This document shows, in pieces, positions 27,229 to 35,433 of a stretch of 46,476 bases of DNA. Both the position numbers and the translations under genes were made by a program. The DNA comes from Actinomycetes bacterium. Its GTDB lineage: Bacteria > Actinomycetota > Actinomycetes > S36-B12. How positions within the stretch are numbered: position 1 is the stretch's first letter; each line of letters opens with the position of its first letter. The notes under the pieces were generated by a model. That model made no database searches and was not told the origin of the DNA. It worked only from the letters and a program-made list of their open reading frames with translations. Location of the stretch: NCBI GenBank assembly GCA_037143955.1, contig JBAWXR010000001.1:1-46476 (forward strand), in the 5' to 3' direction.

Positions 27229-28572
27229 GTGAGAGTGCCGGGTGATGTCCTTCTCGGTGTCGACGTGGGAACCACGTCTATCAAGGCCGTGGCCGTGGCA
27301 CCCACCGGCGAGGTGGTCGCCACGCACTCCGCCCCGACGCCGTGGCATCACGAGGGCCCGCACTTCGATATAGCCCCGCAGGTCCTGGCCGATGCGGTGA
27401 TCGACGTGCTGGTCCGTACGGCCGAGGGTGCTGACGGCCGAGTCGTGGGCATCGGAGTCACGGGGATCGGTGAAACCGGGATTCTCCTCGACAGCAACGG
27501 CCGCCCCTGCGCACCTGCATTGGCATGGTTCGATCCACGCGGAGATGCATCCCGGGTCAAAGCAGCCGTGTCCGACCGTGATTTTCGCCGTGCTACCGGG
27601 ATGCGCCTTAATAGCAAGCCGTCGATCGCCAAGATCCAGTGGCTCTATGACCACATCTCGTCATCACGCGATGCCGTTGTGCACCTTGGTGTGGGCGATT
27701 GGATCGTGCACTCCCTCGGTGGAGACATGGCCGCAGAAGTTTCCGTCGCGTCACGTTCGGGGCTGATGGATGTCACCACCACGCAGGTCTGGGAACCCGG
27801 TGTTGACCTCGTGGGCAATCTCATGCCCGCGCGTCGTGCGTGGGCAGGTGATCACCTCGGCTGCGTCACGGGAGGGGCGCCGGAGATCCTGCGCGGCGCC
27901 GTGCTCACCAATGGTGGTCACGATCATCAGACGGCCTGCCTTGTCGCCGGTGCAGCGCATCCAGGAATGTTGTTCGACTCACTGGGTACTGCAGAAGCAC
28001 TCCTGCGCGTCGTCGATCCGGTCTCTCTCGATGACATTGAAAATCTCACCGGTGCTGACATCAGTGTCGGCCAAACGGTGCTCCGCGATCATCATGTGCT
28101 GCTAGCCGGCCGATTGACAGGCTTGTCCCTTGACCGCATCGCGGCGCTGGTCGGTGCCACCACACGAGAAGACCGACAACAGCTCGGCTTGGATGCGATG
28201 GCACTCTCACGAAGTGAAGCTCATCCGCGAATTGTTGACGTCGGAAACGATCACCTCAGCATCGTGAATGTCACGGACGGTGTGACCCCGGGTGCCCTCT
28301 GGCGCTCAGCCGTGGAAGATCTGGTAGCACTCACACAGGACCCGTTAGAGCGAATGGACCACGTGGCCGGCGCTCATAGTGAGGCCGTCGTGGTGGGTGG
28401 GTGGATCAAAAACCCCATGCTCGCTGCCGCGAAGCGCGACCAATTGGGGGACTACCGCGTACTGGATGTTGCTGAACCAGGAGCCTTTGGTGCAGCGTTC
28501 AGTGCGGGAGTCGCCGCTGGGATTTTGCACCTGCCCGATGTGGGGCGCGAACCAGTGTGGCTCAGTGAGTGA
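27229..28572 (+). CDS. FGGY-family carbohydrate kinase
   Basis: N-terminal LLGVDVGTTSIKAVA and C-terminal VVGGWIKNPMLAAAKRD motifs. Divergent from the aldolase operon. GTG start. Confidence 0.85.
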   Translation: MRVPGDVLLGVDVGTTSIKAVAVAPTGEVVATHSAPTPWHHEGPHFDIAPQVLADAVIDVLVRTAEGADGRVVGIGVTGIGETGILLDSNGRPCAPALAWFDPRGDASRVKAAVSDRDFRRATGMRLNSKPSIAKIQWLYDHISSSRDAVVHLGVGDWIVHSLGGDMAAEVSVASRSGLMDVTTTQVWEPGVDLVGNLMPARRAWAGDHLGCVTGGAPEILRGAVLTNGGHDHQTACLVAGAAHPGMLFDSLGTAEALLRVVDPVSLDDIENLTGADISVGQTVLRDHHVLLAGRLTGLSLDRIAALVGATTREDRQQLGLDAMALSRSEAHPRIVDVGNDHLSIVNVTDGVTPGALWRSAVEDLVALTQDPLERMDHVAGAHSEAVVVGGWIKNPMLAAAKRDQLGDYRVLDVAEPGAFGAAFSAGVAAGILHLPDVGREPVWLSE

Positions 28573-29119
28573 GCCAGTACTTCACCAGCACGACGAGTAA
28601 TCCCACGACGCCGTAACCAAGGGCATACGTCAGTGTTCCCCAGAAGCCAAGGCCTACGCGTCGCCCGGCGAAGGTGCCCCAGCACACCAAACTCGCGGAG
28701 CCAACAAGAAGAAGCGTGTTTACCGCGACATCTGCGGGCACATGAAGGACAAGCATAGGGACCAAGAAGAAGCTCGTGACAATTCCCGGGTAGAGGAATT
28801 GCAGGTTATGCAGAACGATCTTCTTGCGAACGGCGGGCGTTAGATGGGTTCCGGTGTGCACCTCGTGACCCAGTGCTTCTGCAAAAGCATGAGCAAGTGC
28901 CACGGCTGCAACCGGTGCAAGGACGGCACCAAATTCTTTTGCCCACTCCGTCCAGTCGAGTGCGACTGTTCCTGGGTCGTAGAGCGCTAGGCCTGACATC
29001 AAGATGATGGTGGAGTACACAGCAACTCGAACATCGATGGGGAGTCGGCCAATATGTAGGGAAAGCCGACTTTCGCCAGAAATGTCCGACATCGCGTTCG
29101 GGTCCACATCATGAGTCAT
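28562..29119 (-). CDS. integral membrane protein (about 5 TM), unknown function
   Basis: 185-aa hydrophobic ORF, 29 nt downstream of the PP2C gene on the same strand. Its 3' end overlaps the convergent kinase gene by 11 nt. Confidence 0.7.
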   Translation of the reverse strand: MTHDVDPNAMSDISGESRLSLHIGRLPIDVRVAVYSTIILMSGLALYDPGTVALDWTEWAKEFGAVLAPVAAVALAHAFAEALGHEVHTGTHLTPAVRKKIVLHNLQFLYPGIVTSFFLVPMLVLHVPADVAVNTLLLVGSASLVCWGTFAGRRVGLGFWGTLTYALGYGVVGLLVVLVKYWLTH

Positions 29120-29148
29120 GGCCGAACCCTTTCATGCGGGTGTGCGCT

Positions 29149-30672
29149 CTACAGGAGGCGGCTTGCCGCCATGACGGTGACATCGTCTCGGTTCCACACC
29201 CGCGCTCGATGGCGGACGTAGGACAAGACTTTGGCGATGAGTTCTTCAGGGTCACATCGCACCATCGCGTCCACCCCCTCGAGATATGAGGCCAGTGCAT
29301 CGTCATCCCACTGGACATCATCAATTTCAACCAGTCCGTCGGTGTAGCACAGCAGGCTGTCACCGGCCGAGAACTCCACGGATTGCGTCTCCCACGATCC
29401 ACCCAGAGACGAAATAATCGGACCCGTGGGCATGCATCTGTGCACACGTCCCTCGAATGTCACGACGAATCCGGGGACGTGCCCGGCGTTGCACCACGTG
29501 AGGACGCTTCTGTCGGGATTGATGGAGAACACAAGAGCCGTCACGAAGTGACCGTCCTTGTTCATGGATTCAGCCGAACGTTCGATCGCTTTGGTGATCC
29601 CCTCTCCGCCAGCTAGTGACGAGCGCATAATGGATCGAACTCGAAGCGCGGTCACACCAGCGACAGGATCGTGACCTGAGACATCGGCAATCATGAGGAT
29701 CACGGAACCGTCGTCCTGCTCGATGACCTCCCACCAGTCGCCTGCAATGACACCTTCGAACGCCATGGACATTCCTGCGATCGCCAACTCCTCAAAGTTG
29801 GGGATCGGTGGTGCTGAGAGCTCCGATCGCATAGCCGCCACCAGAGGCGCGTCTTGCATGAGCGCGGTGCGCGCCGCGTGGGCCTCGTCGATTTCCTTGA
29901 CAAGTTCGCGCCGCAGCTGCTCGCCGTCCTTGGCAAGAGCCATGAGCTCTGGCGGACCAACATTGCGTACCGGGTGCGAATGGCCAGGCTCACGAGCGGC
30001 GCGCGTGAGGTCGTGGCGAATACTCGATAAGGGAACGAGGACCCACCGCTGTACGCCGAGGACAAAGAACGCAACCATCGCGGTGATGACCACGCAGATG
30101 AGCACGAGGATGATGCCGAGCAGTGTGGCAAATCCATTTGCGGATGCGACAGCCTCATCCCTACGCATATTGATGGCGTGGCTGAGATCCCTAGAGGCCG
30201 TGGTCATCGCGGCGTAGGACGTTTGGACCGCATCGGATGCCATCAGTTTCATCGCTCGTGTGCGACGACCCGCATCGAGGGCTGCCACAATCGGATTGCC
30301 GGCTCTGTCGACCCATTCCTGCTGAGCTGCGCGAGCTGCTGTGACGAGCTGGCTTAGTGATACTTCCTCATCCTTGATCGCGACATCGATCTCACCCAGC
30401 AGTGTGGTGGCCTGGCCTATAGAACTTCGATACGCCTGCACTGAGTCGCCACGATCAAGGAGAGTCGCATCGGCTAGAGCCAAGTTTGCGTTTGCTTGCT
30501 CGAGTGTGAGTGCTGAGGAGGCGTCTGCTGCCGGTGAGAGCTGATCATTAATTGCGGCTGTCGCTGACACAGTGCGCGAGAACTGCACGAGAAGGAGCAC
30601 GGTCATCATGATGATGATCAGAAGCGCGATGACCGACGCCATCAAGGTGCGCCGCTGCAAAGTCACGAGCAC
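29149..30672 (-). CDS. membrane-bound sensor PP2C (SpoIIE-type) serine/threonine phosphatase with HAMP domain
   Basis: TM1 (VIALLIIIMMTVLLLVQF), a roughly 170-aa helical extracytoplasmic region (CHASE3-like by eye), TM2, then a HAMP-like linker. PP2C motifs follow: LMIADVSGHD, NAGHVPG, LLCYTDGLVE, DDVTVMA. The GTG start lies 3 nt after the acyltransferase stop. Confidence 0.85.
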   Translation of the reverse strand: MLVTLQRRTLMASVIALLIIIMMTVLLLVQFSRTVSATAAINDQLSPAADASSALTLEQANANLALADATLLDRGDSVQAYRSSIGQATTLLGEIDVAIKDEEVSLSQLVTAARAAQQEWVDRAGNPIVAALDAGRRTRAMKLMASDAVQTSYAAMTTASRDLSHAINMRRDEAVASANGFATLLGIILVLICVVITAMVAFFVLGVQRWVLVPLSSIRHDLTRAAREPGHSHPVRNVGPPELMALAKDGEQLRRELVKEIDEAHAARTALMQDAPLVAAMRSELSAPPIPNFEELAIAGMSMAFEGVIAGDWWEVIEQDDGSVILMIADVSGHDPVAGVTALRVRSIMRSSLAGGEGITKAIERSAESMNKDGHFVTALVFSINPDRSVLTWCNAGHVPGFVVTFEGRVHRCMPTGPIISSLGGSWETQSVEFSAGDSLLCYTDGLVEIDDVQWDDDALASYLEGVDAMVRCDPEELIAKVLSYVRHRARVWNRDDVTVMAASRLL

Positions 30673-30675
30673 AGA

Positions 30676-32802
30676 TTAACGTGCGAGGGCCTGTGTGATT
30701 GCTATACGGATCGGTTCTTCAAGGCGCAGTGAACCGAACACACTGACATGTTGCTCGTCCTGATACCAGGGGTCACCGCCTCTGCGTGCCCAGCATTCAC
30801 GATCGGTGCACAGAGACGGGAATGGATCGACCATCGATACCCCGGCGATGGATGAGGCAAGGCTGGTCTCAACCGCCATGGCCGGTTCGCGCTGTGCCAC
30901 GAGGCTGTTGAGGGATTTCCCAAAATCTGCTGCACCGAAAGCCTGCGCTGCCAGTGACGTGCGATCGACATAGCCCTTCATGTCTGGCACGGCGTTGAGC
31001 ACGATGACGGGGATGTGCTCCGAGGACAGAGCTGTGAGCACTGTGCCCAGTGCTGTTCGATAGAGAGCCGCGGCCTCAGTGATGCTCGTGGCACGTCCAC
31101 CGTCTGGTCGTGCCACGGTACGCCAGCGAATCTCCGGGTGCACGTAACCGGTGCTGCGATTGGCAATGATCACCAAGGCAGGTCGGTGCGTCTTCGCATA
31201 CGCCAGAACATCGGATTGCCACGCCTGGCAGGGAATGTCATGCGCGCCGCTTGATGGCAAACCGAGGAAAGGGCAACCGGTGCGACTGGCCACCTGAGTT
31301 GAATACCCAAGTGCGGTGGCCGCGGCGATGACCCCGTCGGCGACGGCGTAGGACTGTGAGTCTCCCGCCAGCAAAATCTGCGGAGCGTCGGCGGGCCCGA
31401 AGACGCAGGTGTCGACCGTGAGCGGCACGTTCACGCACCCTGCCTGGATGGCAATGTGATCGGAACGCAGTCCACCCGACGTCGATGGGTCATCCCCTGC
31501 AGCATCCGGCGACACCCGTGTAGCGACCGTCGAGGATGACAGACCCGTGGATTGGAAGGGTGTTGATATGCCAGTGGCATCAGTCAGCCCCCAACCCATG
31601 TTGGCGCCAATGAGAAGAGTGAGACACACCGCAAGTGGGGGTGCGAGGGTGCCTACACCGATAAGAACTCGTTTCCAGTGTGCTTGCAGCTTCAGGTGGC
31701 GAAGTGGGTTCTCGACGTATCGATACGAGACCACGGCAGGAATCAAGGAGCCGATGGCCGCGATGACCGCAACCAGTGGACGATCCGGCCACAGGAGCAC
31801 CGAAAACACGATGACGGGCCAGTGCCACAAATACCAGGAGTACGAGATATCTCCCACGGTCACCAGTGGGCGCGATCCCAGCACACGACCCGCGAGCGTT
31901 GTTCCCTGAGAACCCGTGAATAGCAGCAGGGCCGCACCAAGGACAGGCAGCAAAGCGGCTACACCGGGAAATGGTGTGCTGTCACTGAGCAGGAGGCTTG
32001 CGGCAACGAGGAGAAAGACGCCCACACCTGACAGAACAACGAGATGTGAGCGCCTAAGGAGGGGGATGCGTGCGAGACAGAGTGCAAGGACTGCACCAAC
32101 GGCAAACTCCCACGCTCGTGTCAGGGAACTGAAGTATGCAAAGGAAAGCGGCCCGCCGAACCAGGACAACTGATCTGTCGAAGGCGAGTAGGTCGTGACA
32201 ATCGAAAGTGAAAATGATGCGCAGGCCAGTACCACGACCAGAACCAGTGGACCCAGCCTGCTCTTTCGCGCGAGGAACCAGCCGAGGACCAGTAGGCCTG
32301 GAAACACGAGATAGAACTGCTCTTCGACGGAGAGGGACCAGGTGTTGAGCAGCGGGTTGGTCGTTGCCGCGTCAGCAAAATAGTCACCGGATGCATGAGA
32401 GATGACGACGTTGGCCACCAAGAGCATGGCACCCAGGCCCGTGCTGGCCGTCGTCTGCTGAGCCCCAAACGGACCTTGGAGCACGAGGGACGCGAGAGCC
32501 ACGACGGTGACAAGCAGCGCCAATGCAGGTGTGAGTCGAAGAAAACGCCGCCCGTAGAAGCGCGCGAAATTGATCCGTCCTGAATGTGCCTTCTGTCGCA
32601 TCAGCATGGCTGTGATGACAAAGCCGGAGATCACAAAGAACACGTCTACTCCGACGAAACCTCCCGGAATGGGGAGTCCCGCATGGAAGGCAACAACCAA
32701 TCCCACCGCTAGCGCACGCATCCCCTGGATGTCGGGCCGATGAGAAGAACGCTCTCCCGGTGCAATAACGGGTCCAGCGGGCGTGCCATCCAGCACGGTC
32801 AT
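30676..32802 (-). CDS. acyltransferase-3 (OafA/YrhL-type) membrane O-acyltransferase fused to an SGNH hydrolase-like domain
   Basis: RPDIQGMRALAVGLVVAFHAG AT3 start, about 10 TMs, and a C-terminal SGNH-like domain (LLAGDSQS block I; DEQH block V). ATG 32802 overlaps the EamA stop as ATGA. The track ORF to 33030 is read-through. Confidence 0.85.
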   Translation of the reverse strand: MTVLDGTPAGPVIAPGERSSHRPDIQGMRALAVGLVVAFHAGLPIPGGFVGVDVFFVISGFVITAMLMRQKAHSGRINFARFYGRRFLRLTPALALLVTVVALASLVLQGPFGAQQTTASTGLGAMLLVANVVISHASGDYFADAATTNPLLNTWSLSVEEQFYLVFPGLLVLGWFLARKSRLGPLVLVVVLACASFSLSIVTTYSPSTDQLSWFGGPLSFAYFSSLTRAWEFAVGAVLALCLARIPLLRRSHLVVLSGVGVFLLVAASLLLSDSTPFPGVAALLPVLGAALLLFTGSQGTTLAGRVLGSRPLVTVGDISYSWYLWHWPVIVFSVLLWPDRPLVAVIAAIGSLIPAVVSYRYVENPLRHLKLQAHWKRVLIGVGTLAPPLAVCLTLLIGANMGWGLTDATGISTPFQSTGLSSSTVATRVSPDAAGDDPSTSGGLRSDHIAIQAGCVNVPLTVDTCVFGPADAPQILLAGDSQSYAVADGVIAAATALGYSTQVASRTGCPFLGLPSSGAHDIPCQAWQSDVLAYAKTHRPALVIIANRSTGYVHPEIRWRTVARPDGGRATSITEAAALYRTALGTVLTALSSEHIPVIVLNAVPDMKGYVDRTSLAAQAFGAADFGKSLNSLVAQREPAMAVETSLASSIAGVSMVDPFPSLCTDRECWARRGGDPWYQDEQHVSVFGSLRLEEPIRIAITQALAR

Positions 32803-33704
32803 GCTTGTCGTCTTTCGCCGGACACCACGAGCACAACGCCTCCCACGACAACGGTCAACCCAATGGCCACTGCTCGACTCAGTGGTTCTCCGAGGATGAG
32901 AAATCCGAGCAGTACAGCGACGCCAGGGTTGACGTAGGCGTAGGTGGATAGCAGTGAGATCGGTGCATGTGCCAAGAGGTAGGAGTAGCAGCCGTAGCCG
33001 ACGACTGATGCAACGACCATGTACAGCCACGCGACATTGGAAGACGTGGTGAACTGCGATGGTGTGATGCGATCTCCGAGGAGCAGGCCAAGAATCGTCA
33101 AGGAAGCTCCACCGATAACGAGTTCGTAGGCGGCTGAGACGAGTGCATTACCTGGCATCGCGTAGTTGCGAGCTCGGTAGGAGACCAGTGCCCAGACAAA
33201 ACTCGACGCCACGATGGCCAAGGACCACAGGGTCACGTCCATCACGGTGCCGCGCACCGGCACGGAGCCCCCCGGCAAAAGCATCAGCCCAAGACCCACG
33301 AGTCCCACAACGACGCCGGCCAAAGTGACTTTGCCGGGACGATCGCCGCCGCCGGTGCGAAGAAGCACGATCCACAGGGGAATAGAGGAGACGATCAACG
33401 CCGCAACACTGCTCGGCACGTAACGCTCGGCAAGGACCAATGTTCCGATGCCGAAACCCATCAGGCCAAGACCTACCGTCGCGACGGATCGCAGCTGAGC
33501 CCACGAGATCCGCAGCTGCTGTCCCTGACCCCTGATGGCCAAGCCGGCGGCCAGAAGTAGACCGGCGAGCATCAGTCGAGTGCCATTGGACAGTAGCGGT
33601 GGCATGGATTGCCCCTGGAGAGCTATGCCCACATACGTGGAGCCCCACACAATCCAGAGTGTGATGAGTGGTGCCCACACTCGGCTACCTGTCAAGGTGG
33701 TCAC
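32799..33704 (-). CDS. EamA/DMT family transporter
   Basis: 301 aa, 10 TM, two EamA-like halves, GTG start. Confidence 0.8.
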   Translation of the reverse strand: MTTLTGSRVWAPLITLWIVWGSTYVGIALQGQSMPPLLSNGTRLMLAGLLLAAGLAIRGQGQQLRISWAQLRSVATVGLGLMGFGIGTLVLAERYVPSSVAALIVSSIPLWIVLLRTGGGDRPGKVTLAGVVVGLVGLGLMLLPGGSVPVRGTVMDVTLWSLAIVASSFVWALVSYRARNYAMPGNALVSAAYELVIGGASLTILGLLLGDRITPSQFTTSSNVAWLYMVVASVVGYGCYSYLLAHAPISLLSTYAYVNPGVAVLLGFLILGEPLSRAVAIGLTVVVGGVVLVVSGERRQA

Positions 33705-33773
33705 AAGGTCAACTCTGGCATGCGAGAACGGACAGACCTGCTGGCAGGTGAGTCACGACATCGGCAGCTCGGA

Positions 33774-34574
33774 TCACGGAGCCATGTTGAGGTTCGACAC
33801 CAGGGCCTGCGCAAGCTTTGCGTCCCCTTGCACATTGAGCCGCGTGTCTGACGAACGGCCCGTGGCAGCGGCGAGCAATGCGGGCCAGGTACCCATGATG
33901 GTGACGTCGATGTTCTCGGGGCGAGTATCGAGAAATTCTCCACGTCCCTCTTCGCCGGCACGCACCCACACCGTGCGAGGAAGGTCTGACCCAATGACGT
34001 CGACGCACAGCACGCTTCCTTCGGGTGCGGCTGCTGACTTGGCCCAGGTGCGCGGGAGTGACTCGATGATCATGCTCTGGGTTACCTGTCCGCCCACCGT
34101 GGTGAGATTGCCGGGGAGGTTAAGCGCCACGCGAATGTCCTGCTCGTGCACCCATACGTCGAAGATGCGCATGCGCATCATCACGGACAAGGTGATCTCT
34201 CGACCGAAGGGGCTGACAATTGTCGCCTCGGGATCGAGGTCGGCGACCTGTGCCGAACGCGTGGCTGAAACGACAGAAAGTTGATCGAGGACGACCGAGC
34301 GATCCAAACCCCGTCGACGGTCAACTCCGGGTTCCATTCGCCGGCCGCTCTCGGTGACGTGCGGCAGCGCATCCCAATCTGGTTCGTAGTCGGGTTGGGG
34401 CACCCCGGCCATACGTTCCTCGATGTCGACCGTGTGTGCGACAAGATCTCCCACACTCCAGCCCGGGCACGGACTTGGGGAGTTCCATTGAGCCGGGGAG
34501 AGCCCTGCCACAAGCTCGGAGAAAGAGGTGAGAGAGGTGAGCCAGGCGTCGGCGAGATCAGTGGATTCCGGCAT
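33774..34574 (-). CDS. mycothiol-dependent maleylpyruvate isomerase-family (DinB-like, TIGR03083-type) protein
   Basis: N-terminus LSPAQWNSPSPCPGWSVGDLVAHTV is typical of the MDMPI_N/DinB fold. A C-terminal SCP2-like region is present. Confidence 0.75.
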   Translation of the reverse strand: MPESTDLADAWLTSLTSFSELVAGLSPAQWNSPSPCPGWSVGDLVAHTVDIEERMAGVPQPDYEPDWDALPHVTESGRRMEPGVDRRRGLDRSVVLDQLSVVSATRSAQVADLDPEATIVSPFGREITLSVMMRMRIFDVWVHEQDIRVALNLPGNLTTVGGQVTQSMIIESLPRTWAKSAAAPEGSVLCVDVIGSDLPRTVWVRAGEEGRGEFLDTRPENIDVTIMGTWPALLAAATGRSSDTRLNVQGDAKLAQALVSNLNMAP

Positions 34575-34596
34575 GACCTCAGCCTAGAGTCGAGGT

Positions 34597-35382
34597 ATGA
34601 AGGTGCGGGTGGGACTTGTGCAGTTGGACTGTTCCACTCGTGAATCTGTGGGTGCGCGGATCACCCGGACACTTGCGCTGGTCGACCAGCATGCCGCGGA
34701 CTGCGACCTCATGGTGCTGCCGGAGTTGTGGCATGTGGGCGCCTTCGACATAGAGGCGGCTCGTCAGAACGCACAGGCGTTGGATGGCCCCTTGGTCGAG
34801 GCCCTCGCATCACTGGCGGAAGAGCACAAGATCTGGTTGCACGGTGGCTCGATCGCCGAACGTTCTACCGACGGCAATTTTTATAACACGAGTCTGATGT
34901 TCGCCCCGGATGGAGAACTCGTTGCCACCTATCGCAAGATCCATCTCTTTGGGTTCGACGGTGGTGAGACGACGCTCATGAGTGGCGGCGATGAACTCGT
35001 GGTTGTCGATACGCCACTTGGTCCCACCGGCCTTGCGACCTGCTATGACCTGCGCTTCCCGGAACTCTTTCGCGCACTTGTCCAAGGCGGGGCGACGGCG
35101 ATCCTGGTGTCGTCGGGATGGCCCACCCCCCGCATTGCGCACTGGGATGTGCTGACACGTGCTCGTGCAATTGAGAATCAAGCGTGGGTGGTGGCCTGTA
35201 ATGAGGTGGGTGACCAGCCAGGCATTGCCCTGGGAGGCCACTCGGTCGTGGTCGACCCTAGGGGCGACGTCATCGCGCATGCGGGCGTCGCGGAAGAAGT
35301 ACTCGTAGTCGAGGTCGACCCCGCCGAGTCCTTGCGTTGGCGGGAACAGTTCCCTGCGCTGAAGGACATTCGCGTCGGGTGA
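34597..35382 (+). CDS. carbon-nitrogen hydrolase (nitrilase superfamily)
   Basis: Glu-Lys-Cys triad contexts: VLPELW, YRKIHLF, ATCYDLRFPE. GAGG RBS. Confidence 0.88.
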   Translation: MKVRVGLVQLDCSTRESVGARITRTLALVDQHAADCDLMVLPELWHVGAFDIEAARQNAQALDGPLVEALASLAEEHKIWLHGGSIAERSTDGNFYNTSLMFAPDGELVATYRKIHLFGFDGGETTLMSGGDELVVVDTPLGPTGLATCYDLRFPELFRALVQGGATAILVSSGWPTPRIAHWDVLTRARAIENQAWVVACNEVGDQPGIALGGHSVVVDPRGDVIAHAGVAEEVLVVEVDPAESLRWREQFPALKDIRVG

Positions 35383-35433
35383 CGCACGGGCCCACCGATA
35401 CATGATGGCGACAAGCGGGGCTAAGTTGTTCCC

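Noticed and set aside
25170-28572. Calling the kinase/aldolase pair an lsr (AI-2) operon.
   Set aside because: LsrG, LsrR and the LsrACDB transporter are absent, the kinase is shorter than LsrK, and a dehydrogenase is present instead. The resemblance is only at the family level.
35383-35433. c-di-AMP (ydaO-type) riboswitch upstream of the KimA-like transporter.
   Set aside because: Only 51 nt of spacer are available, far too short for that riboswitch, and I saw no conserved pseudoknot-like elements.
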